A stretch of 64,000 nt of DNA from NCBI RefSeq assembly GCF_001194135.2, contig NC_068984.1, forward strand, positions 11,676,266 through 11,740,265. Reading direction: 5' to 3'. This DNA is from Octopus bimaculoides (taxonomy: Eukaryota). The position numbers and the translations under genes were made by a program. This document shows positions 1 through 11,249 of this stretch, in pieces (position 1 is the stretch's first letter; every line of letters starts with the position of its first letter). The notes under the pieces were generated by a model. The model had not been told where the DNA came from, searched no databases, and saw only the letters and a list, made by a program, of their open reading frames with translations.

Positions 1-285
1 GCTATGTATAATCAGGGCAGCGCAAAAAGTTGTTTTGCACAAGCATTTCTATAGCCAATTACATGGATAAAATTTACGTATGCTTAATAATTTTACGCAA
101 AACAGCTTTCAGACTTTCCCTATTAATTTCATCGTCTTTTGAATTATGAACGTATTTACATCATAATAGTTTTTTCGTTGTAAGGCTTTCTTTTTTAGTT
201 GATTTTCAGCTAGCAAGACTTATCGTAGATGGCATAATAAGTCACACCCGGACAAGGTCGGGTTATACTGCTAGTATGTCATATG

Positions 286-286
286 G

Positions 287-339
<53 letters not shown>

Positions 340-368
340 TACTACTACTAATAATAATAATAATAAGG
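286..368. repeat. Compound microsatellite (TAT)n(TAC)n(TAA)n
   Basis: Read directly from sequence. Confidence 0.95.
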
Positions 369-370
369 AC

Positions 371-650
371 GATCTTCCTGGATCTAGAAGGTGTCAGAGG
401 TCCTGGACGTGAGAGGCAACGAAAGACATACTTTAAGGCTTGTTGCCGTCTATACCCCGACAGAGGCAGGACGACAAGATTTCTTCAGACATCTGGAAAC
501 CTTCCTGAGAACGTTCAGTTCTTTAGTGTTAGTGGGAGATTGGAATGGAGTTTTAGATGTAAGGTGGGACTGTGTAAATTTATCAGATAGGAAAGAAGGG
601 TGCAAAAGCTTTACAAACTTGCTCAGACGATTCCAACTGTCTACACATAC
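371..650 (+). mobile_element. L1/Tx1-clade LINE APE endonuclease fragment
   Basis: ORF 391-669: LRLVAVYTPT...DFFRHLETFL...LVLVGDWNGVLD (VYAP and GDxN motifs). Confidence 0.8.
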
Positions 651-1124
651 GAAGCAAAGTCATACGTGATATTTTAAAAAATGTGAAAATTTCCGTATTA
701 GAAAACTCGTTTACTGGTTTTAATCGTGGGCTGGTGTCTCGCCATAACTATTGACGATATATCAAATTGTTTCATTACGTATTTCTGTTTAAAAAACAGG
801 AAGCCACCCAAGTCAGAATGTACTCAACGATATACAACGAAGCCCCAGCTAACCTAGTGGACAGTTAACTTAAAACTGGTTGAGTGTCCATTATTTTAAA
901 GATGCAGTAGTTTTATATGACGTATTTTGTGACTTTAAATTAGAAATCAAATTCTTTGCAAAATAGTTTTGGCTATATCGATATCTCCAGAATATGGTAT
1001 CTGAATTATTCAAATGGCATGGATGTATCGTAAAAAGATGAAGTTTTATCATATAATGGCTTTTCTTTTTAGATACGCAAAGTTTGCCTTTAATGTCATT
1101 AATCATTGCTGCATTATCTCGTTC

Positions 1125-1344
1125 GGATCTTGTTAAAATTCTCCCAACCGCTTGAATTATTTTAAATTTTCATCAGATTGGAAGCTTCAGGTTGGTTAAA
1201 ATTACATAATTGTTAATGCGCTTAACCTTATTATTAATTTCTATAAAAAAAAAATGAATATGATTTTTGTCTTCAACTGCATCAAAAATAATCTCGTGAA
1301 AATTTAAAATGCTTCAAATGGTTGGAAGGAATTTAATAAGAACC
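1125..1344. mobile_element. MITE with ~50-bp imperfect TIRs starting GGATC; internally deleted relative at 13553-13692
   Basis: ggatcttgttaaaattctcccaaccgcttgaattattttaaattttca is the inverse of tgaaaatttaaaatgcttcaaatggttggaaggaatttaataagaacc; no TSD recovered. Confidence 0.65.
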
Positions 1345-2666
1345 CATTAAATTAATGTATTATATTGATTAGATATAACGAGGAAGCATCTACGCTATCG
1401 CTTGACCAGCTACAATTCCAGTCCTGATAGAGCAGAAGGCTATAACCAGCCATCTTTCCATTTCATTCTGTTTTTTTTTTTTCTCTTAACCGTACAATTC
1501 TGTACAGCAGTCTGTTCACTTCCGCCATGTTCTCTATTTTATTTGGATGATTTTCGTATCGTGCTAGAAGAGACGAGCTTGCTAGCTCTTAAATTCACTC
1601 TTCTCCTTTTATTGGAGAAAAGAAACAGTGCTCCCGTAAGTACGAAATAAACCAAATGACTCCAGAACAGATGGAATAAGAATTGAGTTAAATGACTGCT
1701 TCATTATTTTATTTATTTCTGAATGTCTTAGAAGCCTACTGTCGCTTAAATATCTGGAAATTTCATGTGATACTTAAATAGTCCATGGACTTGTAGCGTA
1801 CACTCGAGTGAAATTCCTCTTCCCTTTATTATATATACGAACATACGAACGTAGCAGATAACAGCTAACCTTTGGCCGATATTTGGACCCCGTTGGGTCC
1901 ACTACTCTGATTGGTTAGTATTGGCGCAATTTGTCTCTTACTCTCTGGCGTCAATATGCAACATAACCAATCGAAGTCCCTAAATAAGATCACGTGAGAC
2001 AGCCTGTTCACAATCCAATTCGAGCCTACTGTTACTTAAAAAAACTCCAGCTACTCCCAATCTCGAAGTCTTTGGTTTCTGACCACCATCTATAAACTCT
2101 CCACAACAACATTTACCTGGAATACAAATATCTTAACGCCCTACTTCATTGCCACTTAGTAAATTACCAACGTTAGCAATCAGAGTAAAACGTTGACCTA
2201 CACAGCCGAATGTTTGTCCCTATGCCACAAATTTACGGGCTGGAATCCATTGATCGCAATTCGTGAACAAACAGTCAAATTTAGATCTTTTCAAAACAAC
2301 ATCCTATTCTCGTCATCTTAGCTTATTTGAGAGAACAAATCTGAACTAAAATTTGTCCACCATCTCATTGAAGGAATTAGAATTCCTGTTTGTACAGATG
2401 GGGATGCAGTCCACCCGATGAAAATAAGCTTGGGGTTGCACAGAAACAAAGCAACGAAAGGCAGAAAATCAAATCACCATTACGCAATGGCAAAGAAGTT
2501 TGTGCCCAGACAAGGTCATTTGATAAACCAACATTATATATTATCTCTGTTGCTGTATAAGCAGTTTAAAGATCAATAAATTGAAAAGTAAAACTGCTCA
2601 GAAAAGATAAATCGATTTTGGTATCAACAAACAATTCTAAAGAATGAAAAAGGTTTGATGCAGATG

Positions 2667-3715
2667 TGTAAGAACGACCGTGCGAACCCAAAAGGAGAAA
2701 TGGTGACGAATGGAAAAACAGGCTCCTTTATTAAACGCGTCACACGGTCGAACACAAAAATATCAAATGATAAATATGTTATACTTCGATAATATAGAGA
2801 ACTTAGAAATGCCAGTAAGGAAGACAATATGAACACAACCGTATGAGATGAATAACAGTAAGATTTATTGTAGCATTAAATTAAATGTCTGTGTGAGTGT
2901 GAATGCGACATAATGAAACACAATAAAAGACAGGCCGTCATGTAAACAAAAGAGTGTGTGTAAGTAATACATGTATGTGTATGTGAGAGATACATAGTAT
3001 AGAATAGAGTCAGTAACACGTATAAGGATTTAAGATACCAGTTCTTAGAGTACACAGTGGTAAGTGTCTGTATATAAGAAGTTAAGGTGTGTGGGGCAGC
3101 GCGAGCACTAGTTGTGATGTTGTGGCTTCTATGCCAAGCCGGGTTCTTGAGTACAGATGTTCTTCGCAGGCTAAATTCTGGTTGTTAATTATCGCGGTGA
3201 AGAAATCACACAAACAGGGTTAGAAGTGCTGCAGTTAGCTGTTGGTAGCTTGTGTACGTGTAGAGTCATGTTGACGCTGTTGGGGACGCTGGTAGTCGTA
3301 GTGTCGTGTTGCTGCTGGCGACGTCGGTGGCGATGCTTGTAGTTCGTAGTTGTACGATGGTGTTGATGTCGCTGGAACTGGCTGGTTGGTGTTACGCGTG
3401 TGTGGCCGGCGGCCAGATCTCAAAGGAGATCTGAGGCGCGACCATTTGGCGGGTATAATTTAGTCTATTTATAGCTGAAGGTTGGCTCCAGAGAAGCATT
3501 AGAAAAACACTATCACGTGACCTTATTAGTGGCTGTGGTTGGTCAGTTTGCGTCCTGAGGCGAACGGGTGGAGATAATTTACCCGCGCAAAGAAATAGTC
3601 AGTCAGGTGATGACAGGGAATGAATTGCTTTCTACTACGCTCGCGTCTGTCAATATTTATAGTGAGAGAAGATGGTTTGTTTGTATATAATGGTGATCGA
3701 GGTAGTTTCACTACA
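2667..3715 (-). mobile_element. Solo LTR copy 1 (TGT...ACA) with 4-bp TSD GATG; Ty3/Gypsy-like
   Basis: Termini TGTAAGAAC and TTTCACTACA; GATG at 2663-2666 and 3716-3719; minus-strand TATAAATA near 3470 and AATAAA near 2728. Confidence 0.85.
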
Positions 3716-5789
3716 GATGTATTAGAAAGAAGATTACGCAAATTTTATGCCTTTATCGAAATAGTTGTTGAAATCCATGGGTCGGCTAATGGTTCTCATA
3801 GAGCTACCAGTTTTAGATTTGAAAAGATATCAATGATGGCATTGATCCCTGAGTATTTCAGCTATATTTCGTAATCTCTTAAATCATAGAAATTCACATT
3901 TGCCGTCATTCACCTTTAGTCTGTGGTTGTGTAGTACCTTAAATTATTCAGGAAAATTCAATATTTAAACCATATCACTTCCGATACAAGTATCGTCAAT
4001 GAACCAAAGATTCATTTCAGCTGATGCACATCAAGCATCGTTGTCAGTTGATAAAGCGGGTACTCTATCTCTTTTGAACCACTGATCCAGAAGTTACCTG
4101 ATTCAGTTTGTATGGTACATGAGAGGACGATGAATAACAATTCCAGACAAATAGCTGCGAGCGTGCTGGTTTGTTTCAGTTGGTTCCGTTGAATCTTGTG
4201 GTGTGCAACAAGCTGAAGCGCTCGGTACTGCATTGGTTTTGTTTTTTGTTTTCTCTTTCTTCCCCACAAATGATTTCAATACAGTTTTAGCAGAAAGATT
4301 TGGAAGAATTAGAAGAAAGTGCTCCTGTAATTTTCTTTCATGTAAATAAATGTTTAAGTTAATGTTATAAAAAAAAAAAATTATAGCTGTATATCTGGGC
4401 GGCGATGAGAAATTTATTAGGCGCCTCCATAAAAGTGTCTCCCTGAGCGGACCACTTCCATCACTCGATATCCTCGTGCATTAACTCACCGCCAGCATTC
4501 TCTCTGACTGTTACGTTTCTCGTATTTAATTATTAAGGCTGATGTAAGGAATTTCTACTTCTGCCCATGTACACCGAAACCAATCATTAAGACTACTTGT
4601 TTTAATTGACTAACATTTTCATGTAACTATTAATATAAAGTAATTATTCGCCGCTCAAAATACCGCGACTCGATACTTTATATAACTTGCTTCTTCACAC
4701 CTGTCTATCTTTATTTGATTTTGTCAATCCTCCTTTACTTCCGTTTTTTTGTACTCTCATTCCCTTTTAACAAAATAGTGACCAATTAAATCATGCAATA
4801 ATATATAAACTAGTAATTTATTTTGTTGCATTCATCCGGTGATGTCTGACAAACCCTATTGACGACATTCAGAACTGCCAATAAAAATCTTGTAAACATC
4901 GAGGTCAACGTACAGCGAGTAAAATATCCAGGATGTGTGTTTAACGTTGGAGGAAAACTGAGGGNNNNNNNNNNNNNNNNNNNNNNNNNNNNNNNNNNNN
5001 NNNNNNNNNNNNNNNNNNNNNNNNNNNNNNNNNNNNNNNNNACGGAAAAGCTTCAATCTGAGTAAGCGTGGTGTAGGCATGGCTTGTCTGGCGAAGAAGC
5101 TTGCTTTGCAGCCGCCTGGTTTCGGTTTCTGTCCCATTGCGCAACACCATGGGCAAGTATCTTCTACAACCTATGATTTGTGAGTGAATTTGCTTAACAG
5201 AAATTTGTGGCGAGTTGGCAGAAACGTTAGCACACTGGGCGCAATGCTTAGCAGTATTTCGTCTGCCGCTACGTTCTGAGTTCAAATTCCGCCGAGGTCG
5301 ACTTTGCCTTTCATCCTTTCGGGGTCGATTAAATAAGTACCAGTTACGCACTGGGGTCGATGTAATCGACTCAACCCCTTTGTCTGTCCTTGTTTGTTCC
5401 CTCTATGTTTAGCCCCTTGTGGGCAATAAAGAAATAGGAAACTTGTGGAAGCCCGTCGTATATACATATATATATGTGTGTGTTTGAGTTTGTCCCGCAT
5501 CACCACGTGACAGCAAGTGCTGGTTTATTTACGTCCACGTAACTTAGCGGTTCGGCAAAAGAGACAGAGAGAATAAGTGCTAGATTTTAAAAAAATAACC
5601 CCAAAACATAAGTACTGAGTTGTATCAGTTCAGCTAAAACCTTTTCAAGGTGATGCCTTAGCATGCTGCAGTAGAAAGAAGGAAAGAAAGAAAGAAGGAA
5701 AGAAAGAAAGAAGGAAAGAAAGAAAGAAGGAAAGAAAGAAAGAAGGAAAGAAAGAAATAAAGAGAGAGAGAGGGAGAAAGAAAGAAAGG

Positions 5790-7512
5790 TGGTTGTATAG
5801 GATTTTCTATCCAACTGTACAAGCCTTAGTGAAATTGGGTGGACGGAACCAAAGTAAAAAGGAATTGGTTAGCATGGACTTATTAAAAAGGAGTGCTAGT
5901 GGAATGTTCCAGTGAAGACCTCAATAAAATGTAAGCACAACAGACCTGATATAATGGTTTGGGATAGAGAAGAGAAACTGTGCACAGTTGTGGAAATTAG
6001 CTGCCCAGTGGATATTAACATAAAGCTGAAGATCAGAGAAAAAGAGAACACCTACTCTGAACTATTGAGAAATCTGCAGTTTCTCTATCCAGATTACAAG
6101 TTCAGGTTTATACCTGTAATTATTGGGAGCCTGGAATATGTAACACACTGCCTAAATACCAATATTGCGAAATTAGGCTTTTCAAAACCAGGAAGGAGAA
6201 AGCTAATTCGAATACAACAGATCCAATCCATCACTGAAACTGTAAAACGTTCCAGAAGTTTATCATTTAAATATGTATGAGCATGTCTAGATATGCAACT
6301 GTAAGAACGACCGTGCGAACCCAAAAGGAGAAATGGTGACGAATGGAAAACAGGGCTCCTTTTATTAAAACGCGTCACACGGTCGAACACAAAATATATC
6401 AAATGATATATAAATATGTTATACTTCGATAACATAGTGAATTCGTAAATGGCCAGTAAGGAAGACGATAGAACACAACCGATAAAGATGAATAACCGTA
6501 ATATTTATTGTAGCATTAAAGTGTATGTCTGTGTGTGAGTGTGAATGTGACATAATAAAAACATAATAAAAGACAGGCCGTCGTGTAAAGAAAAGAGTGT
6601 GTGTAAGTGATACATGTATGTGTATGCGTGAGATACAGCAGATAGAAAAAGAGTCAGTAACACATATAAGAATTTGCCAGTTCTTAGAGTACACAATAGT
6701 AACAGTNNNNNNNNNNNNNNNNNNNNNNNNNNNNNNNNNNNNNNNNNNNNNNNNNNNNNNNNNNNNNNNNNNNNNNNNNNNNNNNNNNNNNNNNNNNNNN
6801 NNNNNNNNNNNNNNNNNNNNNNNNNNNNNNNNNNNNNNNNNNNNNNNNNNNNNNNNNNNNNNNNNNNNNNNNNNNNNNNNNNNNNNNNNNNNNNNNNNNN
6901 NNNCTGTTGTCTATCGTGGCGAAGGTGAATCGCACAAACAGAGTTAGAAGTTCTGCGGTAGTTTGGTTAGCTTGTGTACGTAGAAGTCATGTTGACGATG
7001 TTGGCGAGGACGATGCTGGTAGTCGTAGTGTCGTGTTGACTGGCGGCGGCGATGCTGGTAGTAGTCGTAGAGTCGTGTTGCTGCTGGTAGTCGTAGTTGT
7101 ACGAAGATTGTTGTCGCTGGCTGCTGCTGCTGTGTGGTACACGGAACAGGTCTCTAAGAGAACTGAACCGAGACGATTTGGCGGGTATAATTTAGTCTAT
7201 TTAAAGCAAAATAGGGGCTCCAGAGAGCATCTGAAAAACCTTATTAGGGGCTGTGATTGGTCAGTTTGCGTTCTGGCGGGAACGGTACGAAGTAGTTACC
7301 GCTTCAAATAATAATTAGTCACGTGAGGGATACAGTAGCTGCTCTCCGCTACGCCCGCGCTTGTTTATATATAATGGCGATAGATGGTTTTGTATATAAT
7401 GGCGATAGGTAGTTTCACTACACAACTATATGCGTGAGAATTTATACATAAGACAAAACATATAAATCTGCACATATACATACATACATACATACATACA
7501 TACATACATACA
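5790..7512 (+). mobile_element. 5'-truncated RLE-type (R4/Dong-like) LINE with (CATA)n tail, interrupted by solo LTR 2
   Basis: ORF 5912-6280 KHNRPDIMVWD...VVEISCPVDINI...EKENTY is a restriction-like endonuclease; the 3' end resumes at 7423; (GAAA)-type microsatellite lies 5'. Confidence 0.75.
6300..7422 (-). mobile_element. Solo LTR copy 2 (same family) with 4-bp TSD CAAC; contains an N-gap
   Basis: Colinear with copy 1; CAAC at 6296-6299 and 7423-7426. Confidence 0.85.
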
Positions 7513-7899
7513 AAGGAAAATACCCTGTTGTTAATGATGAAATTTCAATGAAGGGTCCTTGGATCTAGGCTAGAAACTGGCTCCTTCTCTATTGGCAAGA
7601 AATCTTGAAATAAAACTGAATAATGACTTACATACATACAGCCCTACGTATTTGCAGGACTATGTAATATGGTGATTGTATAAATTATTTAGGTTAATAT
7701 TAGCATAGATAACTTAATTATTGCTAAAAATATATTAGTCTAAAAAACAAAAGACAAACTTAAAAATAGTAAGAAGGTTGTGATAAATGTCGCTTCTATA
7801 TGGCGAAAATTACACGTAAAAAGTGTGAGTTATTTTATGTAATTAGCAATGTGGGTGGGAGGATTAGGAATAAACATTTTCCTTTACCCAATTTATTTT

Positions 7900-8520
7900 A
7901 ATTCATCTGCCGTCACTAACGTTTTCCAAGCTCCTCTAATCATCATCAGCTTTTCCACTAACTTCCTGCATCGAAGATATTTGTCGCACCATACATCTCT
8001 TTCGGAGAGTTCAATGTATACAAATCCACCTGGCTATCGAACGCCTCATATAGCGAGGTTACAGGCGCAGAGATCAAAGCATTTGTTTCCCTCAGTTATC
8101 TATACTAATTAGTATGTATACCTTGTATCTTTAATCAACGTACTGATGAGTCTTCATCTCTTTCCAGCGTTCATCCTTTCACCACTAACTACATCCATTG
8201 GATAATCTGACAACTTCCACATCAAGCCAACATTTGGTACACAGCCCATCTCCCAGACGCCCTGGTACTTGCCAGAGCTTCCATCATTTTTATGCCCAGT
8301 ATCTCTGATAGTAAATGCGGTTCAGCCTCGATCCATTTGAAACATTTAAGTGGGTGATCGATGCCATCGTCCTAGGTATGTCTCTTCACATTCCTTATAT
8401 TACCACAACCCGTAACTCCAAGTGACTCACCTACAGTAGTAGGAGCATCTAGCATCTACAATTCCTGCAAAAAGTTACTATCACCGAAAAGGAAGATCTG
8501 GCCTACCACTGCAAGGTCTG
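7900..8520 (+). mobile_element. Decayed LINE endonuclease/linker (Jockey/CR1 group)
   Basis: Hand translation gives ISFGEFNVYKSTWL (GDFNxHxxxW-like) and a degenerate I.GM..IP linker; multiple stops. Confidence 0.5.
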
Positions 8521-8686
8521 TAAAACTATCAACATAGAAGCATATGTTGTGCTTGTGTATTGCACAGCTTGCAAGCTCTTTCACCTCTTAAATTGCAGCA
8601 TCTGGTCTCTTGCCAAAAGAATAATATTTTCACATCATTTCTCAAACTACTTTTTCTTATAAAACATATATATATATATATATACA

Positions 8687-8722
<36 letters not shown>

Positions 8723-9359
8723 TATATATANNNNNNNNNNNNNNNNNNNNNNNNNNNNNNNNNNNNNNNNNNNNNNNNNNNNNNNNNNNNNNNNNNNNNN
8801 NNNNNNNNNNNNNNNNNNNNNNNNNNNNNNNNNNNNNNNNNNNNNNNNNNNNNNNNNNNNNNNNNNNNNNNNNNNNNNNNNNNNNNNNNNNNNNNNNNNN
8901 NTATAAAACTCTGTATTTATTGCTCACTCTGTCTCCCATTTCACAATGAGGAACTCTCTACACGGTCACTCGGCCTGCTAGATATAGCGTAAAAATTCTA
9001 TTAAATCACACGCTACTATCTTGTAAAAAGAACGTATTAGGCAATAGAGTCCCTGATTTACAAAAAGACATGTTGGTTACAGCTGGAATGTCTTCGACAA
9101 TAAGTCTCTTTGATCATGCCTGACCTGGTGTTAAACAACAGCATTACTGTATGAACCTCTCCTCCTCCTCATTTTCCTCCTCCTAAATTCTTTTTCAACC
9201 ACACTGACCACGTACACAATCAAACTACAGCCGTCACTCACAAGCGAGAATGTCTTGGTTAGCATGTACCATGCTTTCGTTGTGCTCGGTGCCTATATAG
9301 TCGCGAACAGCCATAGACACTCTTCATCCCTTTGGCCTTTTACTCAGTAGTACAGCCGT

Positions 9360-9790
9360 CAGGGTGCCTGAAGAGATTAAAGTGACCACAGCCGCCTACT
9401 GCAACCTCCTGAAGGAGGTCTTGGATGCCTGGCTAGATGACATACTGCTGTCACTTCTAGGGAGTCTCGTATTCATGCATGACAACACACCCTTCCACTC
9501 TGCTAGGACCACCCAAACATTTCTAGGGGTCTACAGCATACAAGGCGAAAGGGTGATGGTGTGGCTGTTAGCATCTCTGGACCTCAGCTCTATCGAAAAT
9601 CTTTGGTCCATCTTTAAACAAGATATTTATGTCGATGGACGCTAATTTACGTCGAAAGATGTCTTACGGGCGACCATCAAAACTGCAGCAGAGGCAGTCC
9701 AACCTGCTACTATTAAGAAATTGACAGATTCCATAACTAATAGGGTTTTTGATGTTATCCGTCGAACTGGCGCTCATGTGGCTAAATAAT
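9360..9790 (+). mobile_element. Tc1/mariner transposase C-terminal remnant with DD37E spacing
   Basis: FMHDNTPFHSA...W..S.DLSSIENLWS; 37 residues between D and E; internal stop at 9643 and frame continues to TAA at 9787. Confidence 0.85.
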
Positions 9791-10662
9791 TCATTATGTC
9801 AATAAATGTTATAATATTATTATGGTTTTCTGTTAAATATATACTCCATGTATGCTTAATATGTATCATTACCCTTCATTTTCTGGGGGGGGGGGAATGT
9901 CTAGATGGGCTCTTTTCATTCAAAAGCTATTAGCGTGGTTCACTCAAAAACTGAAGAACTTGAAATAAAAAAGAAAGGGCGTCACACAGAATAATGAAAA
10001 CATAACAATGGTGTTGCCATAATGTGCAAACCAGCTGGGAAAAGTTTTATCAAAATCGATTGACAGAAAACCAAGAAATCCTAAATTTCACTCCTAAGCT
10101 ATTAGCTGGTTCTGGGCATATATATATCCTTCTCTCTCTTCCTCTCTCACCTTCTCATTTTATAAGATTCTGTTACAATCTTTGGAAACAAGCTACAGTG
10201 TATCATTTCCCCCAAAATGTCAACCTCTCTCACCCTGCGAACTTAGTAATCTAGGTTCACTTGTAGCATCGTAAAGGTGTTGGAAGCAATCACTTTCTTC
10301 ATCACAATGAGGCTCTCTTTCACTTCAGTGACCACCATAATGACCTTCATAAATTCATATCCACCAGAGATTCGTTTATTACTCATCATTGGTCCATCGC
10401 CCTCGAAATATTCAGCAAAAACAATGTCATTGCATTTGACATTTGCAAAAATCCCTTGAATGCGGCTTGCATGGGACGCTTCAAGTTAAGTTGTGCGCTT
10501 GTGGTCTTCAGTTGTCTCATCTCTCGAGTCGAGAACTTTCTTTCATTATTACACCAGCGCAGCGTTGACATGAACTACTTTGGTGTTAATTCGGTTAAGT
10601 TTTCCCCTCTTTCTTTTTCTTGTACGTTAACAACCTATTTGCCGTCATCTCTAACAAAACAT

Positions 10663-11249
10663 GGATCTATTTTAAAACGGGGGCCACATTTTTCATTAAT
10701 GTTTTACGTAGTGTTTTTGGTACGGAAAGACTTTCAAACTTCGTATACTTATCTATTTTGTGTTATAGAACAGAAAAATATTTTTGTATTCGAATTTATT
10801 TCATGTAAAAAATTGTCTTATTTCGATAATTTCAACCAATCACTGACAAGTATTTAGTTGTTTACATTTACTCCTTTGGCTGATTAAGCGATGTAAAGCG
10901 TATTTAATCTCCATACCTTCGTTTTATTTGCTTTTTTCATTTTAAATTTGCTTTAACCCTAACCCTAACCCTAACCCTAACCCTAGGGTTAGGGTTAGGG
11001 TTAGGGTTAATTGTTTCAGAATCGTTTGTTTATGTAGTCGGCACTTAATGTATATCGGCTGAATGGACGTCAGTGATTGGTTGAAATTACAGAAATACGA
11101 CAACTTTAACATGGAATAACTTATGGATTTCTTTTTTTTTTAAGAAGACTAAGAGAAAAAGATGTTTTATATGACACATTCTACCAGTGTTCCAAGTTTC
11201 AAAGTGTTTCGTTAATGAAAAATGTGGCTCCCGTTTTAAAAAAAGATCC
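10663..11249. mobile_element. 587-bp non-autonomous DNA transposon: ~38-bp TIRs (GGATC...), 8-bp TSD CAAAACAT, internal telomeric palindrome
   Basis: TSD at 10655-10662 and 11250-11257; TIRs ggatctattttaaaacgggggccacatttttcattaa and ttaatgaaaaatgtggctcccgttttaaaaaaagatcc; inner IR ttcaaccaatcactgac / gtcagtgattggttgaa. Confidence 0.92.
10953..11010. repeat. Inverted telomeric repeat TT(AACCCT)5(AGGGTT)4AA
   Basis: Read directly; symmetry centre at 10984/10985. Confidence 0.97.

Noticed and set aside
276-590. Poly-Leu/Ile ORF and other low-complexity or N-spanning ORFs in the track
   Set aside because: They are translations of microsatellites, SINEs or gaps.
3235-3423. Pro/Thr/Gln-rich ORF in the LTR (and 6907-7311)
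   Set aside because: They arise from internal short tandem repeats of the LTR, and the frames are not shared between the two copies.
1790-4400. Decayed Crypton-like element or hidden gene around LTR 1 (DADVLERRLRKFYA across the empty site; inverted CCAAT motifs near 1.9 kb)
   Set aside because: Only a few suggestive residues; no recombinase motifs or splice structure could be supported. A tBLASTx of the LTR-excised sequence would decide.
5210-5300. tRNA genes at the tRNA-like heads (also 16.3, 30.45 and 39.4 kb)
   Set aside because: They continue into shared SINE bodies and tails and lack a clean cloverleaf.
2667-7422. A single full-length LTR retrotransposon
   Set aside because: Each LTR has its own TSD, and the interval contains SINEs and an RLE LINE rather than gag/pol.
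10953-11010. Relic of a telomere-telomere chromosome fusion
   Set aside because: The orientation is opposite to a fusion (would be TTAGGG then CCCTAA), and it lies inside a TIR element with a perfect TSD.
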